Shown here piece after piece: positions 26,317 through 35,418 of a stretch of 64,000 nucleotides of DNA; positions within the stretch are counted from its first letter, which is position 1; the number at the start of each line of letters is the position of its first letter. Origin of the DNA: Verrucomicrobiota bacterium (lineage in GTDB: Bacteria; Verrucomicrobiota; Kiritimatiellia; JAAZAB01); contig JAHIJO010000014.1 in assembly GCA_018898455.1 (NCBI GenBank), forward strand, positions 1,560-65,559, given 5' to 3'. The position numbers and the translations under genes are program-made. A model generated the notes under the pieces. It saw nothing but the letters and a program-made list of their open reading frames with translations. It did no database searches and was not told where the DNA came from.

Positions 26317-27378
26317 ATGGAACGCGAAATAAGCTACGTAAAAGCTATTTTGGAAGCAACGGCCCAGAGCATGGCCGAAGACGCATCGGTTTATATCATG
26401 GGGTTGGGCGTTCCTGACCCGAAAGGCATTTTCGGGACAACCCTTGGTCTCAAAGAGCAATTTGGAAACCAGAGAATAATGGACATGCCGGTATCAGAAA
26501 GTGCCATGACCGGCGTGGCTATCGGTTCGGCCATGGTCGGGATGCGGCCGATATTGACTCATCAGCGACTTGATTTCATACTCGTGTCCCTGGATCAAAT
26601 TATCAATAATGCGGCCAAGTGGCACTATATGTTCGGCGGAAAAATGAGCGTGCCAATCGTGATTCGCCTGATTGTTGGGCGGGGCTGGGGGCAGGGTCCT
26701 CAACATTCGCAAAGCCTGCAATCTTTATTTGCCCATATCCCGGGATTAAAAGTTGTCATGCCTTTCACCCCTTATGACGCCAAGGGGTTGCTCGTTTCCG
26801 CCATTAGGGATAATAATCCGGTTATCTATATTGAACATCGCTGGCTTCACAATATTACAGGTATTGTTCCGGAAAAGATCTACACCGTACCCTTGGGGAA
26901 GGCCAGGGTCGTAAAAGAAGGAAAAGATATCACCATTGCGGCGTCATCATACATGGTTTTAGAATCCATGAAAGCGGCGGATTATTTAGGTAAAGATGGC
27001 ATCTTCGCCGAAGTGCTTGATCTGCGCACGTTACAACCTCTTGACCGGGAAAGCATCATTAATTCCGTAGAAAAGACCGGCCGCCTCCTCGTTGTTGATG
27101 GCGCCTGCCATACCGCCGGCTTTGCTGCGGAAGTTATGGCCACAGCAACAGAAAAAGCCTTCGGTCATCTAAAGGTATCGCCCCAAAGAATAACTTACCC
27201 GGACCTGCCGACGCCGACCAGCCCGGCCCTGGCGAATGTGTATTATCCTCGTGTTATCAACATCATCAATGCCGTCCGGTCTATGTTCAGACTTCCGGGA
27301 AGAACGGAAGATGAATTAGGCATAAAGCATGATCAGCCTTTGGACGTGCCGGACAAGTCGTTCACGGGACCTTTCTGA
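26317..27378 (+). CDS. TPP-dependent dehydrogenase E1 component beta subunit (transketolase-like pyrimidine-binding + C-terminal domain)
   Basis: 353 aa ORF with E1beta architecture, immediately downstream of the E1alpha gene. Confidence 0.8.
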   Translation: MEREISYVKAILEATAQSMAEDASVYIMGLGVPDPKGIFGTTLGLKEQFGNQRIMDMPVSESAMTGVAIGSAMVGMRPILTHQRLDFILVSLDQIINNAAKWHYMFGGKMSVPIVIRLIVGRGWGQGPQHSQSLQSLFAHIPGLKVVMPFTPYDAKGLLVSAIRDNNPVIYIEHRWLHNITGIVPEKIYTVPLGKARVVKEGKDITIAASSYMVLESMKAADYLGKDGIFAEVLDLRTLQPLDRESIINSVEKTGRLLVVDGACHTAGFAAEVMATATEKAFGHLKVSPQRITYPDLPTPTSPALANVYYPRVINIINAVRSMFRLPGRTEDELGIKHDQPLDVPDKSFTGPF

Positions 27379-27502
27379 TAAACGCGACGAAATGATTAGA
27401 ACCCATAACACAAATTAATTTTTAAAAAACATACTGCGAGATATTTGCCGGGAAGGGAAATATAAATGGAAACAATCGACAGCACATGATGTAGAAAAAG
27501 GC

Positions 27503-28597
27503 TTGATTCTGGATGGAACAAAAATTCAATGGCACACAGACCGGGTAAAAGCATGGATGAACGGAGAAAGAATTGCTCCGATTACAGTTGATATGGCATT
27601 GACAAGGGCTTGCAATTATAAATGCGAGTTCTATTATGGAAAGCTTCAAGAGAATCCGAGAATGAAAATAACCAAAGATACAATTTACCGTTTTCTTGAC
27701 GATGCAGCTGAGATTGGAGTAAAGGGGGTTAGTTTTGTAAGTGACGGAGAAAGTTCATGTGCCCCATTTTTTGTTGAAGCAATTATCAGAGGTAGCAAAA
27801 ATGGTTTGTCAATGGCTATGGCTTCGAATGGGCACCTGGTTACCAAAGAGAAACTGGAGCAAATACTTCTACATTTAACATATTTTCGCTTCAACATATC
27901 AGCGGGAGAATCGCGAAGATACGCTGATATTATGGGGGTTCCAGAATCATATATTTTCACAGTTTGCCAAAACATTCAAGATGCGATGGAGATTAAAAAC
28001 AAATACAATCTTAACGTAACTATTGGCATGCAAATGGTTCTTATGCCGCGGTATGGCGATCAAATTCTTCCGCTTGCAAAGCTAGGCTCAAAACTAAAGC
28101 CCGATTATCTTGTTATAAAACACACTTCTGACGATGAAAAGGGAAGCCTTGGCGTGAATTATAAAGGATATCGCGAATTATACAAAGACCTCAAAAAAGC
28201 TGAATCATTAAGCACGGATAAATATATTGTAAAAGTAAAATGGTCGAAAATTCAAGATGAAGGAAAAAGAAGATATAGCCAATGCTACGGCCCTCCTTTT
28301 TTAATACAACTATCAGGCGGTGGATTGGTTGCCCCCTGCGGAATGTTATTTGGCGAAGATTATCGTAAATATTGGATTGGCAATATAGTTGACCAGCCTT
28401 TCAAGGCAATTTGGAATTCCGAACGTTATTGGTCAGTAATGCATGAGATAGCTTCAAATAGATTTAATGCAAGAACAATGTGCGGATGTTTATGCGTTCA
28501 ACACAAATCAAATGAATTCCTTTGGGATTTGAAACAAGGGAAGGCAACCATGGGGCATCCCGTCGGGTCAGCGCCGATGCATATCAACTTTGTATAG
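27503..28597 (+). CDS. SPASM/twitch-type radical SAM-like protein with noncanonical CX3CX2Y motif
   Basis: ITVDMALTRACNYKCEFYYG aligns to the rSAM CNLxCxYC cluster, but the third Cys is Tyr. A GNIVDQPFKAIWNSERY block is typical of SPASM-domain enzymes. No in-frame ATG exists before M at 27557 (otherwise TTG 27503). Confidence 0.6.
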   Translation: MILDGTKIQWHTDRVKAWMNGERIAPITVDMALTRACNYKCEFYYGKLQENPRMKITKDTIYRFLDDAAEIGVKGVSFVSDGESSCAPFFVEAIIRGSKNGLSMAMASNGHLVTKEKLEQILLHLTYFRFNISAGESRRYADIMGVPESYIFTVCQNIQDAMEIKNKYNLNVTIGMQMVLMPRYGDQILPLAKLGSKLKPDYLVIKHTSDDEKGSLGVNYKGYRELYKDLKKAESLSTDKYIVKVKWSKIQDEGKRRYSQCYGPPFLIQLSGGGLVAPCGMLFGEDYRKYWIGNIVDQPFKAIWNSERYWSVMHEIASNRFNARTMCGCLCVQHKSNEFLWDLKQGKATMGHPVGSAPMHINFV

Positions 28598-28687
28598 CCT
28601 GAAGCAGGATTGCCCAGAGGGTTTTCCTGTAATCTGACCATGCCGTTCTAATCCAATAAAACAAACGGGAAGGTTTGATCTGCACGT

Positions 28688-29968
28688 ATGCCAGTCAAGA
28701 AGTTGATTAATTCACCGATCTTCTATTTTATACGGGGATATTTTACCGGAGATAATGTGGCTTACTATCTGCCGGCAAAATATCTCTGGACGGTTTGCAA
28801 TGTAACCAAAACCGGATTTCACCAACCGGTCTATGATTTTAAGCTGGATGGCCCGATCACGTTGGATTTCATGTTTTATCCGGAACAGCCACAACACAAG
28901 TATTTTAAAAAACCGGACTGGATCAACGAGTTCATTGTAGCTGGTGACACGGTCGCAGCACAACAGATCGCTGGACACTATGACTATTGCATCAATAATT
29001 ATCGCAATCGTGGCGCACAACCGGCCGAATTGAACTGGGGATATCCACCCGGCATGCAAGCGATCGAGCTATATGCTTACCCCTATTCCTATAAAGCTAT
29101 TTACGAACAGAGCATTTATCTTGACGACCTGTTTCTGACTGATGAATACCAGGAATATTTACAGTCGGTAAACCAGGCAGTCAATCCGGATCGGCGCCCG
29201 GTAATCGCCTTGCATCACCGCGGCGGCGATCGTTGGAAACGCCATCTGCCGAACAGCGCCGCTCTTTCCGAAGTATTATTGCGCAATTTACTGGACGCCT
29301 ATCCGGAACATCAGATCGTGCTGCTGGGTGAATCCTGGCGCTATCATCGTCACCCAAGGATCAAATACCTTGAAGATTCCATCAATCTCCGCAATCTGAA
29401 AAAGCGATTCGAGGATTATTCGGCTTGTTTGCAATTTATCCTGGCTGCTTATTTTTGCCGCGATGCCGATATGGTATTTTGCGGCATATCCGGTTTTAGC
29501 GCTTTCATCGAAAGCATTCGTCCGTTGGATAAAACACCGCCGATCCCGATTTTCTGGGGACCAAAGACTTTTACCGGCACCTGTACCTTCATGAAAAAGA
29601 TGAACTGGAATTGCTGCGCCGAATTGGCCGATTACCGCAAAGCTCACCCCGAAGACGCAGCGTTTCTGCACGATACCCCGAATTTTCTTTATTACAATCG
29701 GAATGAAGTCCTGCTAAAGCCCTATTGTCTGGATTATCCTAATAACTTGGACAAAATATTTACCCTCCTGAAACAAATATCGGAAGTGAAGGAATATAAA
29801 ATTGAGATTCGCACTCTACAGCAGGGGTTTAGTGAACGGTTGATTACTTATTTCTGGCATTTCAAGTCGTATGTAAGGCTATTAAAGCGTTTATGTCAGA
29901 TTATATTTTTAGAAAAAGCGGGGTGGGGACGGATTATGCTAATCGTAAAAGAGTTAATGACGAAGTGA
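28688..29968 (+). CDS. putative GT-B glycosyltransferase, GT9 (heptosyltransferase)-like C-terminal half
   Basis: The segment IVLLGESW...NLRNLKKRFEDYSACLQFILAAYFCRDADMVFCGISGFSAFIE...IPIFWGPK matches the GT9 C-terminal pattern (vvl.G...nl.G.t.l.e.aal...a.l.ig.DSG..H.a.a....lfGp). Confidence 0.4.
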   Translation: MPVKKLINSPIFYFIRGYFTGDNVAYYLPAKYLWTVCNVTKTGFHQPVYDFKLDGPITLDFMFYPEQPQHKYFKKPDWINEFIVAGDTVAAQQIAGHYDYCINNYRNRGAQPAELNWGYPPGMQAIELYAYPYSYKAIYEQSIYLDDLFLTDEYQEYLQSVNQAVNPDRRPVIALHHRGGDRWKRHLPNSAALSEVLLRNLLDAYPEHQIVLLGESWRYHRHPRIKYLEDSINLRNLKKRFEDYSACLQFILAAYFCRDADMVFCGISGFSAFIESIRPLDKTPPIPIFWGPKTFTGTCTFMKKMNWNCCAELADYRKAHPEDAAFLHDTPNFLYYNRNEVLLKPYCLDYPNNLDKIFTLLKQISEVKEYKIEIRTLQQGFSERLITYFWHFKSYVRLLKRLCQIIFLEKAGWGRIMLIVKELMTK

Positions 29969-30058
29969 ATATAATATTTACTCTCGCTATGCGGACGCAA
30001 GCTGAGCGACGGCAATTCCGTTTCCACTATTTTCCAATGAGGACGAAAGCGACGCTTA

Positions 30059-31795
30059 ATGAATTTTCTTTTTGTTAACCCAAAAGTGGCCGCACGTGGG
30101 CAGTATTATGATTTCCCTCTTGGCCTGGCGTATGTTTCCGCTTACATGAAACATTCGGGGTTCGCCACATACTGCCTTAACCTATGTCACGATGACAGCC
30201 CCATTGAGAGGCAGTTGCTTAATGCGATCACAAGTAACAACATAAATGTTGTGTGCACGGGCGGCATGTCGGTTAACTTCAATGCCATCAAAGAGGTCGT
30301 TCAGGCGGCCAGAAAGGTAAGTCCGGATATCAAGATTGTTGTCGGCGGAGCGGTTGTAACGGCGGATCCCGCTTTGGCAGCCGAGCTTTTGCAGTTTGAT
30401 TATGGGGTTGTCGGTGAAGGCGAAATCACTATGGCGGAATTGGCCGGTGTGCTAACCGGCAACGGAGATGCTTCACAAGTTGCAGGTCTGATCTATCGCG
30501 ATGGGCAGGGGAATTCCCGCGTGCCCGTGATAGAACGTCTGGATCGTTACATTACCACGGGGCAACGTCAGCCGATCATGGACTTGGATTCACTCCCCTT
30601 CCCGGATTGCGCGGGGCTTGGCTATGTCGAATATTTAAAGACTTTCGCGCCCAATTGCTCGAACAATATGTTTACCATCAATGACGCTCCGCGTGCTGCG
30701 TTTGTGATTGCCTCGCGATCATGCCCGTTCGACTGCACCTTCTGTTACCATCCGCTCGGAAGGAAATATCGGCAGCGGAGTCTCGACAGTGTCATGGCGG
30801 AAATCGATCACATGAAGCGGAAGTATGACATCAATGTTCTGGTACTGATGGATGAGTTGTTTTCCACTTCCATTGAACGGCTTCTCCTGTTCTGTAAAAG
30901 AGTAAAGGATTATCACCTCCAGTGGATGGTGCAACTCAGGGTTTCAGACGTGACCGAAGAAGTCCTTCGCGCCATGAAAGAATCAGGAGTGTATGCGGTC
31001 AGTTACGGCGTGGAGAGCATGAGCGACGACATTCTTAAGAGTATGAATAAGAAAACAACTTCAACCCAAATTGAAAAAGCCTTGAGTATGACACGTTCAC
31101 TAGGCATTGGCGTATTCGCGAATCTGATCTTTGGCGACCCGGAAGAAACGGATTTAACGGTGAAAAAGTCACTAGACTGGTGGTTTGCCCATATTGAGTA
31201 TGGCGTCACGCTGTATATGATCAGGGTTGTTCCAGATTCGCCCATCTATAGATATGCGCTGGAAAGCGGCATTATCAAGGATAAGGCAAAGTTTATGAAG
31301 GATGGTTTTCCGATCATAAACATAAGCAAACTCTCGCCCTCCGCCTTTACTCGTCTCTGTCATCTCATAGACTGGTATACCTTTGCGAAAATTCCAGGTC
31401 AACCGGGGCAGGTCATGCAATCATCCGTGATAGGCTGGGACACCTTTAACCGGCGTATATATTCAGTTGATATCCTGTGTCCTCAATGTAATGCCCGGAC
31501 TACTTATACTAATCTAGCGCAGATGGACTACTTTGGTTTTAGGGGTTACCTTCAAGTGTTTTGCCGGAATTGTCACCACCGCGTGAATGTGTCGCCCAAG
31601 CAAGTGTTTGGTGAAAACTACAAGTTGAGAAATAATTCAATCTTCAGGTTCATCGCGGTGAATTCCATAGATATGCTTTTCCGGTCACGTATTATTTTTA
31701 CTATTTTGAACATTATTCGCCTCCAGTTCTTTGATATCCGTCGCTTGCACAGGCTTTTCCGGAAACTGGCGGTGTCCCGTCCTGCAGAAACATGA
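30059..31795 (+). CDS. B12-binding domain radical SAM protein (class B rSAM) #1
   Basis: It has an N-terminal cobalamin-binding-like domain, then CPFDCTFC (a CX3CX2C motif). Confidence 0.8.
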   Translation: MNFLFVNPKVAARGQYYDFPLGLAYVSAYMKHSGFATYCLNLCHDDSPIERQLLNAITSNNINVVCTGGMSVNFNAIKEVVQAARKVSPDIKIVVGGAVVTADPALAAELLQFDYGVVGEGEITMAELAGVLTGNGDASQVAGLIYRDGQGNSRVPVIERLDRYITTGQRQPIMDLDSLPFPDCAGLGYVEYLKTFAPNCSNNMFTINDAPRAAFVIASRSCPFDCTFCYHPLGRKYRQRSLDSVMAEIDHMKRKYDINVLVLMDELFSTSIERLLLFCKRVKDYHLQWMVQLRVSDVTEEVLRAMKESGVYAVSYGVESMSDDILKSMNKKTTSTQIEKALSMTRSLGIGVFANLIFGDPEETDLTVKKSLDWWFAHIEYGVTLYMIRVVPDSPIYRYALESGIIKDKAKFMKDGFPIINISKLSPSAFTRLCHLIDWYTFAKIPGQPGQVMQSSVIGWDTFNRRIYSVDILCPQCNARTTYTNLAQMDYFGFRGYLQVFCRNCHHRVNVSPKQVFGENYKLRNNSIFRFIAVNSIDMLFRSRIIFTILNIIRLQFFDIRRLHRLFRKLAVSRPAET

Positions 31796-32008
31796 CAGGG
31801 ACGGCCAAAGAGATCGGGCGTCGTGAAATAACAGCACAATCACGACCGATAATCCATAGATATTGATTGCATCATACCGTGCCAGCGCCTGTTCCATATC
31901 GCCGCGTTACGGCTTTGATGCTTTGCATTCCCACATCTTAACCATTTTTACCTTTCTGCTTGCCTCCAAGCCCCTGCCTTGCCACAATTATGGTCTCGAA
32001 CGCATCTT

Positions 32009-33547
32009 ATGAATACGCAGGACAAGGCATTACGGATTCTCTTTGTTAACCCGCCACTTTCAATAGTGCGCGGGCATTTGTGCACCATGCTTAAGTTCCC
32101 CCTCGGCTTTCTCTATCTCGCCACACCCTTGGAGCGGGATGGGTTCGACGTCAAGATCCTCGATGCCCCGCTATATTACCGGACGACCACCACGGTGGAT
32201 GACAATACGGTCCGCATCGGAATGACGTTTGAACAAATCGCCGAAGAGATCCGGAGCTATGCGCCCCAGATCGTCGGCGTCAGTTGCGCCTATACCATGA
32301 GCGAAGCCGATTCGTTTGCCGTGATTGATTATATCAAGCAAAGGTTCCCATCGGTCCTGCTGGTGGTGGGTGGAGCGCATACTTCGGCGAATCCCGGCTA
32401 TGTTTTGAGGAATCGCAATATTGACTTGGCGGTGATCGGCGAGGGCGAATTGACCATGCTGGAAATTGCGCGGCAATTCCGGTCCGGCAAGTCGCTCCAG
32501 GATATCCCGGGCACAGCCCTTGTCATTGAGGGACAGGTGCGGATCAACGAACGCCGCGAATACATGGCCGACCTGGATGAGTATGGCGCGAGCTGGCACC
32601 TGCTCGATATGGCGCAATATTTCGCGCATCCCAACAATGCCGACGCCACCCTGCGGCGCAATGCGGTGGACTTGGTCACCAGCCGCGGATGTCCGGGAAA
32701 GTGTGTCTTTTGCTCCATTCATACGGTCTGGGGACGCAAGTGGCGGGCCCGTTCGCCCAAAAACGTGGTGGACGAAATGGAGTTGCTTTGCCGCCAATAC
32801 GGCGCGCGGCAATTCCGCATCCAGGACGACAATCTGACCCTGGATAAGCGGCGGATTATAGAAATATGCGATGAAATCGTCCGCCGCAAGCTTGATATCC
32901 GCTGGGACACGCCGAACGGCATCGCATTGTGGACGTTGAACGAGGATGTTCTGAAGAAAATGAAGCAGGCCGGCTGTTACCGCGTGACATTCGGTATCGA
33001 GTCCGCATGTTCCCGTACCCAGCAATACATCGGCAAGATTGTCAATCTCCAGCGGATCAGGGATATTGTAAATTACTGTCACCGCATTGGCTTATGGATC
33101 TGCGGCACTTTTATCATCGGGTTTCCCGATGAGACCCGTGATGAAATTCGGGAAACTGAGCAGTTTATCGTAAAATCACGGTTTAATTTTCCCTTCATCT
33201 ATGTAGCGCAACCGATGCAGGGGACACGGCTGTACGAGGATTTCAAGGCCCACAACCTTCTGCCTGACGAATTCCGTCCCATGAGTTCCGTTGATCAGAC
33301 GCGCTATGACACCCTGCACTTCAATCAGTCTGAATTGAATGACATGGTGCGCAATATTTACATGAGGTTTTACAGGCATAAAGCTCTGTCCTATTTGAAT
33401 CCCCTGCGGTGTTACCGCGAATTCCTTTCGAAAATAAGATCCCGGGAAGACCTGAATTATGTACTGCGCATGGCCGTGGCAATCTGGTATCCTCTCCGGT
33501 TGAAAAAGTTTGCCAAAAAACATGCTGTTGACCAGGTTGGGGAATGA
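32009..33547 (+). CDS. B12-binding domain radical SAM protein (class B rSAM) #2
   Basis: ORF 31979..33547 with an ILFVNPP N-terminal B12-like domain and a CPGKCVFC motif. Confidence 0.8.
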   Translation: MNTQDKALRILFVNPPLSIVRGHLCTMLKFPLGFLYLATPLERDGFDVKILDAPLYYRTTTTVDDNTVRIGMTFEQIAEEIRSYAPQIVGVSCAYTMSEADSFAVIDYIKQRFPSVLLVVGGAHTSANPGYVLRNRNIDLAVIGEGELTMLEIARQFRSGKSLQDIPGTALVIEGQVRINERREYMADLDEYGASWHLLDMAQYFAHPNNADATLRRNAVDLVTSRGCPGKCVFCSIHTVWGRKWRARSPKNVVDEMELLCRQYGARQFRIQDDNLTLDKRRIIEICDEIVRRKLDIRWDTPNGIALWTLNEDVLKKMKQAGCYRVTFGIESACSRTQQYIGKIVNLQRIRDIVNYCHRIGLWICGTFIIGFPDETRDEIRETEQFIVKSRFNFPFIYVAQPMQGTRLYEDFKAHNLLPDEFRPMSSVDQTRYDTLHFNQSELNDMVRNIYMRFYRHKALSYLNPLRCYREFLSKIRSREDLNYVLRMAVAIWYPLRLKKFAKKHAVDQVGE

Positions 33548-33742
33548 ACAACCTCCACAACCCTGTCAAATTCCCTGGGTCTTCCGCAGTTACATGACGT
33601 GAAATGCGGAGAGAGTTGCAATAGGATTTACAGGATTGCCCTGTCTGCGGCAAAAGGGGCCACTTGCCTGGCGACGTGGTAAAATGGAATACTCGGATAG
33701 GATTTTAGACAGGATTAACAGGATTTACATGATTGTCTGATC

Positions 33743-34126
33743 ATGGAATACAAGGAATTAACGGAAAAGATAATTGGTTGCGCCATGAAAGTGCATCAGG
33801 CGCTCGGTCCGGGGTTCCTGGAATCAGTCTATCAGAAAGCGTTAGCTCATGAACTCTGTAAGGCGGGTCTTGCCTTCGAATGTGAAAAGGCCATCCAAGT
33901 TCTCTATGACAGCGTGATCGTTGGCGACTTTTCTGCCGACATGCTGGTTGAAGGCACTGTCATGGTGGAAAATAAATCAGTCCAATCCCTCGTCGCGGCC
34001 CACGAAGTGCAATTAGTGAACTACCTGACCGCCACCGGCATTGAAGTGGGTCTCTTGCTGAACTTTGGCGCAGCCAGTTTGGAAATCAAACGCAAGACCC
34101 GTACCTACCGTCCAAAATCGCCTTAA
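33743..34126 (+). CDS. GxxExxY protein (PD-(D/E)XK-like)
   Basis: 127 aa ORF with GPGFLESVY motif. Confidence 0.75.
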   Translation: MEYKELTEKIIGCAMKVHQALGPGFLESVYQKALAHELCKAGLAFECEKAIQVLYDSVIVGDFSADMLVEGTVMVENKSVQSLVAAHEVQLVNYLTATGIEVGLLLNFGAASLEIKRKTRTYRPKSP

Positions 34127-34198
34127 AATCCTGTAAATCTTGTTAATCCTGTCAAAATTCATGAAATAGTATGCCGGAAAACAAGAAGGGATGGATAT

Positions 34199-34879
34199 AT
34201 GAATCTGCTGCGTATGATCAAGCGAGTGATACTTAAAAGCGGATTCCCTCCGTCTAAACGAGTGGACTTTTGTAACGCGCTCTTATCTCTCGGGCAATGG
34301 CTGAAAGCAAATCCAGCGCCCATCCATTTGGAAAGCAGGGAAAAACTGTATGAATACGTTGCCGGCAAGATGAATGGGGAGCCGTTTGACTACATTGAAG
34401 CCGGCGTTTTTCGCGGCGACTCAATTCGATATTGGGCCCAACTATCAAGTTGCCCGGGATCGCGATTCTTTGGATTCGATACATTTACCGGCCTTCCCGA
34501 AGCCTGGCATGCCGGTCTTACTACGTTCAAGATTGGTCATTTCGACGCTGGGGGCGCCTTGCCGCTGACCCAAGATGAACGCGTTCGTTTTATCAAAGGC
34601 CGCTTCCAGGATACGGTTCCGGATTTCCTCCGTACCTATTGTCGCCCGAAGAACTTAATAATTCATTGTGACGCGGATCTCTATACCTCAACGCTATACT
34701 TCCTGGCGTCCTTCCATAACGTTATGACCGCTGGAACCTACCTGCTGTTCGACAATTTCTCGGTTGCCCCCCACGACTTTCGAGCGTTTTCTGACTATAC
34801 CCAGTCGTTCTGCCGCGCCTATGACGTCGTGGCGACCGCGGAAGTCGACTTCGAAAAAATTGCGTTTCTCTTGAAGTAG
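34199..34879 (+). CDS. TylF/MycF-family SAM-dependent O-methyltransferase (macrocin-O-methyltransferase-like)
   Basis: EAGVFRGDS...FGFDTFTG...HCDADLY blocks resemble the TylF family. Confidence 0.6.
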   Translation: MNLLRMIKRVILKSGFPPSKRVDFCNALLSLGQWLKANPAPIHLESREKLYEYVAGKMNGEPFDYIEAGVFRGDSIRYWAQLSSCPGSRFFGFDTFTGLPEAWHAGLTTFKIGHFDAGGALPLTQDERVRFIKGRFQDTVPDFLRTYCRPKNLIIHCDADLYTSTLYFLASFHNVMTAGTYLLFDNFSVAPHDFRAFSDYTQSFCRAYDVVATAEVDFEKIAFLLK

Positions 34880-34952
34880 AAACGGAGATGAATCTGCTTC
34901 CAATCCTGCCCGTGACAGCGTAGGATAACAATAAACAAAAGGATAAAGACTC

Positions 34953-35180
34953 ATGACCACAGCTACGATCAATATGAAACTTGACGCGGACACGGCCAGT
35001 ATCTTTACGGAGGCGCCGGCAGAGGACCGCAATAAACTCTGTGTTCTGTGGAGCGTGTTATTGCGGGAATATAAGTCGGCCCCCATGCCGTTAAGCAAGC
35101 TCATGGATCAGATCGGCGCCAGGGCAAAGGCACGCGGGCTGACTACCGATAAACTGGAATCCATTCTCGATGCCGACTAA
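34953..35180 (+). CDS. small antitoxin-like protein (possible VapB-type partner)
   Basis: 75 aa ORF overlapping the downstream PIN-like ORF by 11 nt. Family uncertain. Confidence 0.3.
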   Translation: MTTATINMKLDADTASIFTEAPAEDRNKLCVLWSVLLREYKSAPMPLSKLMDQIGARAKARGLTTDKLESILDAD

Positions 35181-35385
35181 ACAGCTAACCAAAGCCGTTG
35201 CAGACTGTCGCGATCCGAAAGACAACATGTATCTTGAGCTTGCCAATGAGGCACGGGCTTCATGTATCATCACGGGTGACAAGGACTTGCTCGATCTCCA
35301 TCCGTATCGAGGCATTGCCATTCTGACTCCCAAGCAGTTCTTCGATGGTTCCCCAGAATCCGATGTTGCAGGTTATTTCCACTGA
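35170..35385 (+). pseudogene. PIN-domain toxin C-terminal fragment (TIGR00305-like), N-terminal catalytic Asp region absent
   Basis: CRDPKDNMYLELANEARASCIITGDKDLL matches the C-terminal half of the PIN-family TA toxin. Only 71 aa remain, against ~130 aa for a full domain. Confidence 0.4.
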
Positions 35386-35418
35386 TCACGATTCTGTAAA
35401 TCACACGAGGAGTCGAAG

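Noticed and set aside
32171-33082. 303-aa minus-strand ORF
   Set aside because: It is antisense to B12-rSAM #2, which has a clear CX3CX2C motif.
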